Shown here in pieces: positions 11,509 through 25,314 of a DNA stretch of 64,000 nt. Each line of letters begins with the position of its first letter. Positions within the stretch are counted from its first letter, which is position 1. The stretch spans positions 192,001 through 256,000 of the forward strand of contig CAWAUM010000007.1 in the NCBI GenBank assembly GCA_963785235.1. The letters run 5' to 3'. The position numbers were made by a program, and so were the translations under genes. The stretch is from an uncultured delta proteobacterium. GTDB taxonomy: Bacteria; Desulfobacterota; Desulfomonilia; UBA1062. The notes beneath the pieces are model-generated. The model did no database searches, was not told where the DNA came from, and was given only the letters and a program-made list of their open reading frames with translations.

Positions 11509-11523
11509 GCAAAATAGGTGCCA
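11509..11523 (-). promoter_or_regulatory. Sigma54 promoter for the FAD-oxidoreductase/glutamate synthase operon
   Basis: Minus strand TGGCAC-CTATT-TTGC, a perfect consensus 100 bp upstream of ATG 11409. Confidence 0.85.
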
Positions 11524-12066
11524 GGACCTGTGTTTCATCCCCGGAGCCTCTCATGATTAGATTTCATCCTTTCATGCCGCTTGGGCCTGGTGTGTATCAA
11601 AGTCGGAATTCACCCTTCAGGTGGTGTTGCCTACAACAATCCATTATGGGTATCAACACCTTTTGCTACCGGAAAAGGACACAAAAGCACCCCAATATTT
11701 CGTAACTTGCTGATAATATAAAGTATAATGGTCAATATACCCTTTAATATTGCTTGGCCATATTGTATTAAACATAGTAGAAACAATGAGTTACTAATAT
11801 AACGGCAAGATGAAAAAGATACAAAAATGGACTGTATAAAAATATATTTGAAACAATTATGAACCAAACCTCGTTCCGGAAGCCAATACCATTCCTCAAT
11901 TGGCATTATCATCATAATAATTAATGGTTACATGAAAAAGTAAATATCAATAAAGGGTGAAGTAGGAATGGAAGGAAGGTTTGATGTTTCAACATATAAA
12001 CAAATATGTACAGAAACATGTAAGCCCCGATGGGGTATATGCCACGTCGTAGCAGCAACAGCCGTT

Positions 12067-13735
12067 CTACTTGTAGCTGTCTTTATGCACGTCTCTGACC
12101 GCCCGGCCTGAAGGATCGATCATGTTGGCGAACTGTTCATCCCACTTGATGGCAGTCGGGGTGGAACAGGCTACCGAAGGGCCCTCGGGCACGCAGCGGG
12201 CGGCACTGTCCAGGGGAAAGAATTCCTGGAAGATTGACCGGTAATAATATCCCTCTTTGGTAACGGGTGTATTGATGGGGAAACGGAATCGTGCGTTTTC
12301 CATCTGGGTATCGCTGACCATTTTATCAGCGATTTCACGCAGGTTATCAATCCAGCTGTAACCTACGCCGTCGGAAAATTGCTCTTTCTGGCGCCAGGCA
12401 ACCTCGGGAGGCAGATAATCCTCGAAGGCCTTTCTCAAGATATGTTTCTCCATCCGGCCATTTTTGCACATTTTGTCTTCCGGATTGAGTCGCATGGCAA
12501 TGTCCATGAATTCCTTGTCCAAAAAAGGCACCCGGCCTTCCACGCCCCACGCGGCCAGCGACTTATTGGCGCGAAGGCAGTCATATTTGCTGAGCATGGA
12601 GAGTTTGCGCACCGTTTCCTCGTGAAACTCCTTTGCATCGGGCGCCTTGTGAAAATACAGATAACCGCCGAAAATCTCGTCAGCCCCTTCACCGGAGAGC
12701 ACCATCTTGACCCCCATGGACTTGATCTTGCGCGACATCAGGTACATGGGCGTGGATGCCCTGATGGAGGTCACATCATAGGTTTCTATGTGATATATCA
12801 CATCGCGCACGGCATCGAGACCTTCCTGGACCGTAAAGGTGAAATTATGGTGTATGGAGCCGATGTGGTCGGCTACCTTCTGGGCTGCCGCCAGATCCGG
12901 CGAACCGTCAAGGCCGATGGCAAAGGAGTGCAGCTGGGGCCACCAGGCATCCTTCAAGCCGCTGCTCTCCACTCGCTTGGCCGAATACTTCTTGGCAATG
13001 GCCGCAGTAATCGAACTGTCAAGACCGCCTGAAAGCAGCACGCCATAAGGTACGTCGCACATGAGCTGGCGTTCTACTGCCTCTTCCAGGGCCCGTCTGA
13101 GGTCTTTAATGCTGCTTTTGTTGTCTTTGACATTGTCATATTCCATCCAGTCCCGCTTGTAATATTCCTTGGGTGCGCCGTCTTTGCTGGAGAGATAATG
13201 CCCGGGGGGAAATTCGCTTATGGTGTTGCATACCCCAATCAGGCCTTTCATCTCGGAGGCCACATAGAAGTTGCCGTGTTCGTCGTGACCGGTATACAAG
13301 GGGCAGATACCTATATGGTCGCGGCCGATCAGGTAGACTGTCGTTTTCCGAGTCATAGAGTGCAAAGGCGAAGATTCCATTCAGGTCTTCCAGAAAATCA
13401 ATGCCCTTCTGCCGATAAAGCGCCAGGATGATCTCGCAGTCCGATTCTGTCATAAAATCATAAGGAGCGTTCAGACTTTTTTTGAGATCCTTATGGTTAT
13501 AGATTTCACCGTTTACTGCAAGGGCCACCTTGCCGTCAGAGGTGCGAAGAGGCTGGGCACCGGTGTTGACATCGACGATAGATAGCCGTTCATGGGCCAG
13601 AATGGCCCTTTCATTCACATAGATACCGCTCCAGTCCGGTCCGCGGTGACGCTGCTTGCGGCTCATCTCCAGGGCCTGGTTGCGGAGTTCCTTTATATCT
13701 GTCTTGATATCAAAAATACCGAGTATGGAACACAT
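12067..13735 (-). CDS. asnB: Asparagine synthetase B, glutamine-hydrolysing (one frameshift near 13340)
   Basis: MCSILG...RHRGPDWSG...AHERLSIVD...VNGEIYNH; LLSGGLDSS; SGEGADEIFGGY; WRQKEQFSDGVG. Confidence 0.95.
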
Positions 13736-13819
13736 GGTTAATCCTTCATTCGCTGTATTTTAATTTCAAAAACATTATTAGTATTTATTATGCCAGGCAA
13801 GCAGTTTCTCTTGATCAGC

Positions 13820-16661
<2,842 letters not shown>

Positions 16662-16676
16662 TCACCTCTCTTATTT

Positions 16677-16698
16677 GTAGGAGCGGCTTTAGCCGCGA
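16677..16698. repeat. GTAG-type REP palindrome
   Basis: GTAGGAGCGGCTTTAGCCGCGA: GTAG tag followed by a GCGGC/GCCGC hairpin, between amtB and glnK. Confidence 0.7.
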
Positions 16699-16718
16699 TT
16701 GTGTAACAACCCCAGCGT

Positions 16719-17924
16719 CTATCTGAGATAATACCCGGCCTCGCCATGCATGCTCTGATCAAGGCCCACCTCTTCGGATTCTTCATCAACGCGCAGTCCA
16801 ATGACCTTCTTCACGATGAGCAGAATAATGCTGGTCATGACGAACGAGAAAACGATAGCGGTTATCGAAGCGATGACCTGTACCCATAACTGACGCGGAT
16901 TGCCATAGAAGAGCCCGGTGCCGCCGACAGAAGCAAAGAGTCCTGTTGCGATCGCGCCCCACAAGCCGCCCACTCCGTGTACGCCAACTACATCAAGGGA
17001 ATCGTCATAGCCCAGCTTCTCTTTTGCAAGGATCGCAAAGTAGCAGAGCATTCCTGCAACAAAGCCGATGAGGGTTGCGGGAAGAGGAGTAACAAATCCC
17101 GCTGCCGGTGTAATGGCTACAAGGCCTGCCACGGCACCGGAAGCAAAACCCAGCGTAGTCGGTCTGCCGCGCATGATCTTTTCAAAGATTATCCAGGATA
17201 ACGCAGCTGCAGCAGTTGCCATGTGTGTGGCGAAGAAGGCAAGGCCTGCAACACCATTTGCAGCCAACGCGCTGCCTGCATTGAATCCGAACCATCCGAA
17301 CCAGAGGATGGCTGCACCGATCATGGTCATGGTAAGGTTGTGGGGATAGAAGGGTTCTTTGCGATACCCTTTGCGTTTACCGACTATCATGGCTGCAGAG
17401 AGTGCACCGACCCCGGCAAGTATGTGTATTACCGTACCGCCTGCGAAATCAAGGGCACCAAGTTTGCCCAGCCATCCTCCGCCCCATACCCAGTGACACA
17501 TGGGCAGGTACACAATGGTGCTCCAGAGAATGGTAAAGAGTATGAATGCCGAGAACTTCATGCGCTCGGCAAATGCCCCGGTTATGAGGGCCGGGGTGAT
17601 GATGGCGAACATAAGTTGAAACGCGCAGTAAACAAGATGCGGTATTTTGTCTGAGTAAGGGCCTGGATTCATTCCTACACCAGTCAGGCCTGCCCAGTCA
17701 AGGGACCCTATCAGCCCTCCCATGTCCGGCCCGAAGGCCAGACTGTATCCGTAGAATACCCAAATGATGGATACGATACCCAGGCACATGAAACTCTGCA
17801 TTATCGTCCCGAGAACATTCTTTGTGCGCACCATTCCTGCATAGAACAGGCCGAGTCCTGGTGTCATGAGCATGACGAGCGCTGTTGAAACAAGCATCCA
17901 AGCTGTATCCCCTGAACTGATCAT
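16719..17924 (-). CDS. amtB: Ammonium transporter
   Basis: GDTAWML, FQLMFAIIT, AERMKF, LDFAGGTVIH, WFGWFGFNAGS, DDSLDVVGVHG. Confidence 0.97.
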   Translation of the reverse strand: MISSGDTAWMLVSTALVMLMTPGLGLFYAGMVRTKNVLGTIMQSFMCLGIVSIIWVFYGYSLAFGPDMGGLIGSLDWAGLTGVGMNPGPYSDKIPHLVYCAFQLMFAIITPALITGAFAERMKFSAFILFTILWSTIVYLPMCHWVWGGGWLGKLGALDFAGGTVIHILAGVGALSAAMIVGKRKGYRKEPFYPHNLTMTMIGAAILWFGWFGFNAGSALAANGVAGLAFFATHMATAAAALSWIIFEKIMRGRPTTLGFASGAVAGLVAITPAAGFVTPLPATLIGFVAGMLCYFAILAKEKLGYDDSLDVVGVHGVGGLWGAIATGLFASVGGTGLFYGNPRQLWVQVIASITAIVFSFVMTSIILLIVKKVIGLRVDEESEEVGLDQSMHGEAGYYLR

Positions 17925-17962
17925 TTTATATCCCCCTTTCTTGCGTTATGATTAAGGTGATA

Positions 17963-17977
17963 GCAACAGGGATGCCA
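17963..17977 (-). promoter_or_regulatory. Sigma54 promoter for amtB-glnK-glnD(-asnB)
   Basis: Minus strand TGGCAT-CCCTG-TTGC, 39 bp upstream of amtB. Confidence 0.8.
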
Positions 17978-18171
17978 TGGAGGATAAATGTTGCTAACCT
18001 ATTGAAAATAAAATGATTAAAAGCAATCTTCAGTGTTTTTAAAAGGCGACATAAATGTGTAAATTATAAAAAAATGGTACTAAATTGAATTTAATTGATG
18101 TACATGGATCAAGATTGTATATTTTGACTCGATGAAGTAGACTGATTTACACCAAAGATGGGAGAGTAAAC

Positions 18172-19692
18172 ATGATGCCATTCAGTTACGAAGACCTTGA
18201 AGTACTGCATGACCTGGCAAAGATACTTGCAACCACGGTTGATCTGAGGGAACAGCTCGAGAAGGTGCTCAACGAGCTCAGTTCCGGAACAGGAATGAAC
18301 AGGGCCATGATTTCAATACTTGACCGCGATACAGGAATGGCTATCCTCGATGTGGCACACGGCGTCGAGATCGATGGTCTGGATATAACCTATATGCCCG
18401 GCGAGGGTATCACCGGTCAGGTAGCCCAGACCGGCAAGCCCATGGTCATCACCAACCTTGGCAAGGATAAACAGTTCCTCGACCGTACCGGTGCAAGGCG
18501 GGGGCTGAACCAGTCCGAGCTATCGTTCCTGTGCGTCCCGATAATGTATGACGACAAGGTCGTGGGGGTTCTCTCGGCAGACAAGGTTGCACGGGAGGTG
18601 GACAACCAGGATTACGAGCTGAAGCTCCTGGTCGAGGTGGCGGAGCTTATTGCCAAGGCAGTACATACGCGGGCTATTGAGGAGGAAAACAGCAGGCTTC
18701 GGAATATTCTCGGCAGGACCCAGAGACCCTCGGATGACATCATGGGAAATTCAAAGACCATGAAGGAGGTCTTTGGCCTTATTTCGCAGGTAGCCGATTC
18801 CAGCACCACCGTGTTTATCCATGGAGAAACCGGCACGGGAAAAGAACTGGTGGCACGTGCCATACACAAGAACAGCCCCAGGGGGAAAGGGCCTTTTGTT
18901 GAGGTGAACTGCGCGGCTATGCCCGATACCCTTATTGAGAGTGAGCTGTTCGGGCATGAAAGAGGGGCCTTCACAGGGGCAAATCAGAAAAGGCGTGGGC
19001 GTTTCGAGGAAGCCAACGGCGGGACGATCTTTCTTGACGAGGTTGGAGAGCTTTCTCCTCTGGCCCAGGCCAAGCTTCTACGGGTAATTCAGGAGCGGCA
19101 GTTTCAACCTCTTGGCTCGAACTCCATGGTCAAGGTGAATGTGAGGATAATTACTGCAACGAACAGTGACCTGGTGCAGGATGTTGCTTCAGGGAAATTC
19201 AGATCTGACCTTTATTACCGGCTTAACGTTTTCCCCATCTACATGCCGCCTCTTAGGGACAGGGGTGGCGACATTATCCTTCTGTCAGACTATTTTGTTG
19301 AGAAATACTCCAAGCAGTTCAACAAATCCATAAAACGCATTTCCACCCCGGCCATAGACCTACTGCTCGCATACCACTGGCCCGGCAATGTGCGGGAGCT
19401 TGAAAACTGCCTTGAAAGGGCGGTTCTCATCACCAGGAACGACACCATTGACAGCGTACATCTTCCCCCATCCCTGCAGATGAAGGTGGCAATCCCTGAA
19501 AAGAAAGAGCATGGCAAGCTGACCAGTCTGGTAAATATATACGAACGGTCGCTGATCATTGATGCAATGAAAACCGCTAAAGGCAACCAGAGCCAGGCAG
19601 CCAGGCTTCTGGGCACGACCAAACGTATTATCCAATATAAGGTTGAGAAGTACTCCCTTGACACAAAAAGGTTTAAATTAAAAAAGACTTAA
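18172..19692 (+). CDS. GAF-AAA+-HTH sigma54-dependent activator (NifA-like architecture)
   Basis: N-terminal GAF (GEGITGQVA, SFLCVPI), GETGTGKE, ESELFGHERGAFTGA, FLDEVGE, WPGNVRELEN, Fis-type HTH. Confidence 0.93.
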   Translation: MMPFSYEDLEVLHDLAKILATTVDLREQLEKVLNELSSGTGMNRAMISILDRDTGMAILDVAHGVEIDGLDITYMPGEGITGQVAQTGKPMVITNLGKDKQFLDRTGARRGLNQSELSFLCVPIMYDDKVVGVLSADKVAREVDNQDYELKLLVEVAELIAKAVHTRAIEEENSRLRNILGRTQRPSDDIMGNSKTMKEVFGLISQVADSSTTVFIHGETGTGKELVARAIHKNSPRGKGPFVEVNCAAMPDTLIESELFGHERGAFTGANQKRRGRFEEANGGTIFLDEVGELSPLAQAKLLRVIQERQFQPLGSNSMVKVNVRIITATNSDLVQDVASGKFRSDLYYRLNVFPIYMPPLRDRGGDIILLSDYFVEKYSKQFNKSIKRISTPAIDLLLAYHWPGNVRELENCLERAVLITRNDTIDSVHLPPSLQMKVAIPEKKEHGKLTSLVNIYERSLIIDAMKTAKGNQSQAARLLGTTKRIIQYKVEKYSLDTKRFKLKKT

Positions 19693-19706
19693 AGAGTGAT
19701 GGGGGT

Positions 19707-22689
19707 ATGATCTTGAAACTGAAAGAACGTGAGCTGTCCATTCAATATCACCTGAATTTCAAGCTATTCCTGGAGCTGATGGCCACCAAGATCCGCGAGA
19801 TCCTGCTGGTATCGAGTCCTTATGATGCGTTCATCATAGAGGAGGACGTGACTCTGGCCTCACGGATCATCAGCGAATACAGCGGCCTGAACCTGTCCCA
19901 ACCCCCACGGGTGACAAGGACCTCCTCTGCCCTTGATGCCTTGAAACTCCTGGAAGAGAAGTCCTTCGACGTTGTCATAACCATGCCGCACCTTGAAGAC
20001 ATGGATGCCTTTACCCTGGGCAGAAAGATCAAGCAGAAGAAGCCTCATCTTCCTGTCTACCTGCTGGCCCATAGTCTCAGAGGTTTTCAGTTATCCACCG
20101 AGGACAACCAGCACGAAGGCATTGACAAGGTCTTCATCTGGTCGGGAAACGCCGACCTGCTGCTGGCCATCATCAAGAGTACGGAAGACGCCTTGAACGT
20201 CGATTATGACACAGCTCGGGCCCAGGTTCGCGTGCTCATCTTCGTTGAGGATTCCCCGCTCTATTATTCATCCCTCCTGCCCATTTTCTACAAGGAGGTC
20301 GTGCGGCAGATCCAGACGGTCCTTGAGCTTGGAGTTAACGAGGAGGAACGGCTGCTGATCATGCGCACCAGGCCCAAGATTCTGCTGGCCCGGAACTTTG
20401 AAGAGGCATCTGCGCTGTACGAAAAATACCAGAGCTTCCTGCTGGGCATCATATCGGATACACGCTTTCCCAAGCAGGGCAAGCTGCAGGGGAATGCCGG
20501 CATAGAGCTCCTTACAAGGGCCAGGCAGGAGATGCCCTATCTGCCCTTGCTCCTGTTCAGCTCTGAACCGGAGAACAGGCCCAGGGCAGACATGATCCCT
20601 GCGGTTTTTCTCGACAAGAACTCACCTAATCTTCTGTCCGAGATACACGATTTCTTTCTGAACAGTCTCGGGTTCGGCGAGTTCATATTCCGCATGCCCG
20701 ACGGTACCGAGGTGGGCAGGGCATGCAAGCTCGGCATGTTCGAGGAGATGCTCACCGAGATACCCGACGAGTCTTTATGCTATCATATGGAGCGCAAACA
20801 CTTTGCCAACTGGGTTATGATGCGCTCCGAGATAGCTCTCGCCTCCTCCTTGGGTGACATCTCCTGCGATGGATTCTGTTCAACGCAAGATCTGCGGCAG
20901 TACATCATATCTTTGATCCACCTCGTGCGCAAATGGCGTCAAAAGGGAGTGGTTTCCATCTTCAACCCGAAGGAATTCAATATCGACCTTCTGGATTTTG
21001 CCAAGATCGGCCATGGGTCTCTGGGTGGCAAGGCCCGCGGCCTGGCTTTCATGTCAACCATGCTGCAGGGCGATATATCTCTCCATGAGAAATATCCTTC
21101 GGTCACGATCCAGATCCCCCAGACAATCGTGATCGGAACGGATGTCTTCGAGGATTTTGTCGAGCGCAACAATCTCAAGCACTTCGCCTCGGATGGATTC
21201 ACCAACCAGGAGGTCGCTGATGCCTTTATGAAGGCCGAGATGCCCCCTGAGCTTGTCAATGACCTTCAGGCATACCTGGAGCAGGTTGTCTACCCACTGT
21301 CCGTGCGCTCGTCGAGCCTGCTGGAAGACGCCCAGTTCCAGCCTTATGCAGGGCTCTACGAGACCTACATGATCCCCAACAATGACCATGATTTTTTCAA
21401 AAGGCTCGAACACCTCATCGATGGCCATCAAGCTGGTATATGCATCCACCTATTACGAGAGCCCCAAGGCCTTTGCAAAAAGCACCTCCAGCCAGGCCAA
21501 GGACGAATCCATGGCCGTGGTTGTCCAGCAGCTGGTCGGCGAGGTGTATGGGGAATACTACTATCCTGCCATCTCGGGGGTGGCCCAGTCTCACAACTTC
21601 TATCCCGTGGCGCACATGAAGCCTGAGGAGGGGATCGTGCAGATGGCCCTGGGGTTCGGAAAAACCGTGGTGGAAGGAGAAAAATCGCTGCGCTTTTCTC
21701 CCAAGTATCCCGAGATCCTTCCTCAGTTTTCTACGGTGGACGACATCATCACCAATTCCCAGCGCTTCTTTTACTCGCTCAGGATCAAGAACCACGTGGA
21801 AGGCATGAGCCTGGGCGAGCATTCCAACCTCGAGAAGCGCGATGTCTACGACGCCCGGAACGAATACCCCATTGAAGCCTGTGCGAGCACATATGACCCG
21901 GAGGAACATCGCATCAGGGACACGAGCGAAGGTGCGGGAGGCAAGATCATCACATTCTCCCAGATACTCAAGTACCAGGGGCTGCCTTTGCCTTCCATCA
22001 TCTCGGATATCCTGGAGCTTGCCCGCAGGAATATGGGCTGCGCCGTGGAGATTGAGTTTGCGGTAAACCTGAAACCCGAAGCCCCTCTCACCTGTGATTT
22101 CTACCTACTCCAGGTAAGGCCCATGGTGACCGAGGAGGCGCGCTTCGAAGTGGAGATATCCGCCATGGAACTGCAAAAGGCCGTGTGCAGTTCAGGCCTG
22201 GCACTTGGTAACGGCAAGAGACAGGACATGGCAGACATCATCTTTGTCAAACCCGATGCCTTCAAGCTGGAGGCCACCATGGACATAGCCGAGGAAGTGG
22301 GGAAGATCAATGCGCAGCTGATTCAGAAGAAGCTCCCTTACCTCCTCATCGGTCCGGGAAGGTGGGGCTCCTTTGACCGGTGGCTGGGCATCCCTGTCCA
22401 GTGGCGGCATATCTCGGGTGTGGGGGCGATCCTGGAACTGCGTGGCCTGTTGCTCAGGGCCGATCCATCCCAGGGATCACACTTCTTCCAGAATATCACC
22501 TCGCTGGGCATTCCCTACGTGACCGTAACCGAGGGCACTGAAGACTTCCTCGACTGGAAGTGGCTTGAGTCGCTTTCTGTAATTACAGAAACAACCTATC
22601 TTAAACATGTACGACTTGCCGAGCCACTGGTGATAAAGATCAACGGCAGGAAATCCAGTTGCGTCATGTATGAGGCATTTGAGGCATGA
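19707..22689 (+). CDS. Receiver-like domains fused to PEP/pyruvate-dikinase N-terminal (ATP-grasp) domain; one frameshift near 21420
   Basis: REC-like segments (EILLVSSPYD..., VLIFVEDS...GIISD), then GGKARGL, VRSSSLLED..YAGLYET, MAVVVQ, VEIEFA, LLQVRP; C-terminal GPGRWGS...SQGSHFFQ. Confidence 0.85.
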
Positions 22690-22722
22690 ACCCAAAGGAA
22701 AACATCCAAAGGCGGAGGCACC

Positions 22723-25314
22723 GTGGGTAAATTTGTTGAACGGGTAAGTACGGGTCTTGAGAACCTCGATCAGATCATCGACTCTCTGCGGACAGGAGAC
22801 AATGTGGTCTGGCAGGTGGATTCCATCGATGATTATCGATCCTTTGTGACGCCCTTTGTGCGCCGGGCCATTTCACAGCGGCGCAAGGTCGTGTATATGC
22901 GCTTTGCGCAGCACCAGCCGCTCATTGAAAACGAGCCCGGGGTAACCACCTATGTGCTCGATGCATACAGCGGATTCGAGTCTTTTTCCAGCCAGGCATA
23001 CACCCTCTTCACAAAAGAAGGGGAAGATGTGTTCTATGTTTTCGACTCCCTGTCCGATCTCCTGTCCGCCTGGGCCACGGACCTGATGATCGGCAACTTC
23101 TTCAGGATCTCCTGCCCCTACCTTTATAAGCTCAATACCGTGGCCTTTTTCGCCATCCTGCGCAATTACCATTCCTTCAAGACCGTTGCCAGGATCCGGG
23201 AGACCACCCAGGTGTTGATCGATGTGCATAACGTGGATGCCCATATCTACGTACACCCGCTCAAGGTGATAGGGCGCCATTCACCCACCATGTTCATCCC
23301 GCACAAGAAGCACGGGGAACGGTTCATACCCATCACGAGCAGCGTGGACACGGGACGGCTGTTTTCCAGCATATCAAAGAGGGAAACCGATGAGACGAAG
23401 AGGAATCTGGACTATTGGGATCGCCTCTTCCTGAAGGTTGAGGCTCTTGTGGGAACCAGCGGTTCCAGGAAGGAAAAGAAACAGCTCCTGAGGCACCTGT
23501 GCGAGATCATCGTGGGCCGTGAGAAGAGGATACTCGACCTGGCAGTCAGTCACTTCTCCCTGGAGGATCTCCTCAACATCAAGACCAGGCTTATCGGCAC
23601 AGGCTACATCGGCGGCAAGGCGGCTGGCATGCTCCTGGCGAGGAAGATCCTCTCCGCTGAGAAGTCCTTTAAATGGAATGACTGGCTCGAACCTCACGAC
23701 TCCTTTTATATCGGCTCCGATGTCTTCTACACCTATATTGTGGAGAACGGCTGGTGGAACCTGCGCATGGAGCAGAAAAACCGGGACGAATACTTCTCCG
23801 CTGCTCGAAAACTGCGCATCTACATGCTTGAAGGGAACTTTCCTGAAGAGATTGAGGAACAGTTCTGGCGCATGATCGAGTACTTCGGGCAGTCACCCTT
23901 CATAGTTCGGTCGAGCAGTCTGCTTGAAGATGCCTTCGGAAACGCCTTTGCGGGAAAATACGAGAGCATCTTCTGTGTCAATCAGGGCTCTCCGGAGCAG
24001 CGCTTCGTAAAATTCAGGGAGAATGTGCGCAGGGTATATTCAAGCATGATGAACGAGGATGCGCTCACCTACCGCCTCCAGCGCGGGCTCGACCAGCACG
24101 ACGAACAGATGGCACTGCTGGTCCAGCGGGTCTCCGGGTCTTTCCACCGGAATTATTTTATGCCCGATATGGCAGGTGTGGGTATCTCGTACAACACCTT
24201 TGCCTGGGGAAAGGACATGGACCCAAAGGCAGGGATGCTGCGCATTGTCCTGGGGCTCGGAACCAGGGCGGTAAACCGGCTGGACAATGACTATCCCCGC
24301 ATTGTAGCGCTGGACGCCCCCCTGGTAAAACCATACAGCGACATAGGGGATGTGAGGAAGTATTCCCAGCACGAGGCCGATGTGCTGGACATTGTCAGCA
24401 ACGATATCGTGAACATTACGGTATCACAGGCCTTGGCATCCGGCATGAAGGTTCCCCTTGAGCTCATTGGAATCCAGGATCGTGGTGCGGACGGCGTGAC
24501 ATTAGACCAGGATAATGATGCCGACCACAGGCGGCTGATCACCTTCGACGGAGTCCTTTCAGAAACAGCTCTCACGGACATCATGTCCCGTATGCTCAAA
24601 ACCCTGGAAAAGGTCTATGATTATCCGGTAGATATCGAATTCACCATTAACTTCACCGGGGAAAGAAGCTTTGCAGTCAATCTTGTCCAGTGCAGACCGC
24701 TGCAGACAAAGGGCGAAGGAAAACGGGTGAGCATGCCTGAGGGTATCACGGAGCACGATATCTTCTTTCAAACCGAGGGTAACTTCATGGGAAGCAACAC
24801 CATACAGCCCATCAGGCGCATCATCTATGTGGACCCCGAAGGCTACAGTGCGCTTCCGCTCACACAGAAATACGATATCGCGCGTCTCATCGGAAAGATC
24901 AACAAGGGTATCCCTGACCGGCAGGGCATGCCGACCATGCTCCTGGGGCCGGGGAGATGGGGTACGACTACGCCCTCGCTTGGTGTGCCGGTCCGGTTTT
25001 CAGAGATCAACAATGTCTGTCTTATGGTGGAGCTCGCCTATATGAGGGAAGGCCTCATGCCGGATCTTTCCTTCGGCACCCATTTTTTTCAGGACCTCGT
25101 GGAAACGGATATCTTCTATGTTGCCCTCTTTCCGGATGCACATCACTCAGCGATCAATATGGCCATGCTTCGCCAGGGACCAAATATGCTGAAAGAGATT
25201 CTCCCGGAGCTGGAGAAGTATGAAAACGTCGTCTTCATCAGGGATCTGAAAGACACTTGTTATTATCTCTTTTCCGATGTCGTATCACAAAAAGTGGTAT
25301 GCTTTCGTAGATAG
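22723..25314 (+). CDS. KaiC/RecA-like N-terminal domain fused to PEP/pyruvate-dikinase ATP-grasp domain
   Basis: N-terminal VSTGLENLDQII...GDNVVW, VFDSLS; then IGGKAAGM, VRSSSLLEDAFGNAFAGKYES, MALLVQ, VDIEF, LVQCRP; C-terminal GPGRWGT...SFGTHFFQ. Confidence 0.85.
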   Translation: MGKFVERVSTGLENLDQIIDSLRTGDNVVWQVDSIDDYRSFVTPFVRRAISQRRKVVYMRFAQHQPLIENEPGVTTYVLDAYSGFESFSSQAYTLFTKEGEDVFYVFDSLSDLLSAWATDLMIGNFFRISCPYLYKLNTVAFFAILRNYHSFKTVARIRETTQVLIDVHNVDAHIYVHPLKVIGRHSPTMFIPHKKHGERFIPITSSVDTGRLFSSISKRETDETKRNLDYWDRLFLKVEALVGTSGSRKEKKQLLRHLCEIIVGREKRILDLAVSHFSLEDLLNIKTRLIGTGYIGGKAAGMLLARKILSAEKSFKWNDWLEPHDSFYIGSDVFYTYIVENGWWNLRMEQKNRDEYFSAARKLRIYMLEGNFPEEIEEQFWRMIEYFGQSPFIVRSSSLLEDAFGNAFAGKYESIFCVNQGSPEQRFVKFRENVRRVYSSMMNEDALTYRLQRGLDQHDEQMALLVQRVSGSFHRNYFMPDMAGVGISYNTFAWGKDMDPKAGMLRIVLGLGTRAVNRLDNDYPRIVALDAPLVKPYSDIGDVRKYSQHEADVLDIVSNDIVNITVSQALASGMKVPLELIGIQDRGADGVTLDQDNDADHRRLITFDGVLSETALTDIMSRMLKTLEKVYDYPVDIEFTINFTGERSFAVNLVQCRPLQTKGEGKRVSMPEGITEHDIFFQTEGNFMGSNTIQPIRRIIYVDPEGYSALPLTQKYDIARLIGKINKGIPDRQGMPTMLLGPGRWGTTTPSLGVPVRFSEINNVCLMVELAYMREGLMPDLSFGTHFFQDLVETDIFYVALFPDAHHSAINMAMLRQGPNMLKEILPELEKYENVVFIRDLKDTCYYLFSDVVSQKVVCFRR

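Noticed and set aside
11631-11915. 94-aa ORF in the AT-rich spacer
   Set aside because: No recognisable motifs; the region looks regulatory.
13781-13795. Sigma54 promoter for asnB (TGGCAT-AATAA-ATAC on the minus strand)
   Set aside because: The -12 element lacks the conserved GC; too weak to call.
18172-19692. nifA and nitrogen fixation
   Set aside because: Only the GAF-AAA-HTH architecture is shared; there are no nif genes in the window.
19707-25314. Ordinary PEP synthase (ppsA) or PPDK
   Set aside because: No C-terminal PEP/pyruvate-binding barrel and no canonical GG.TSHAA motif; extra sensory domains are present.
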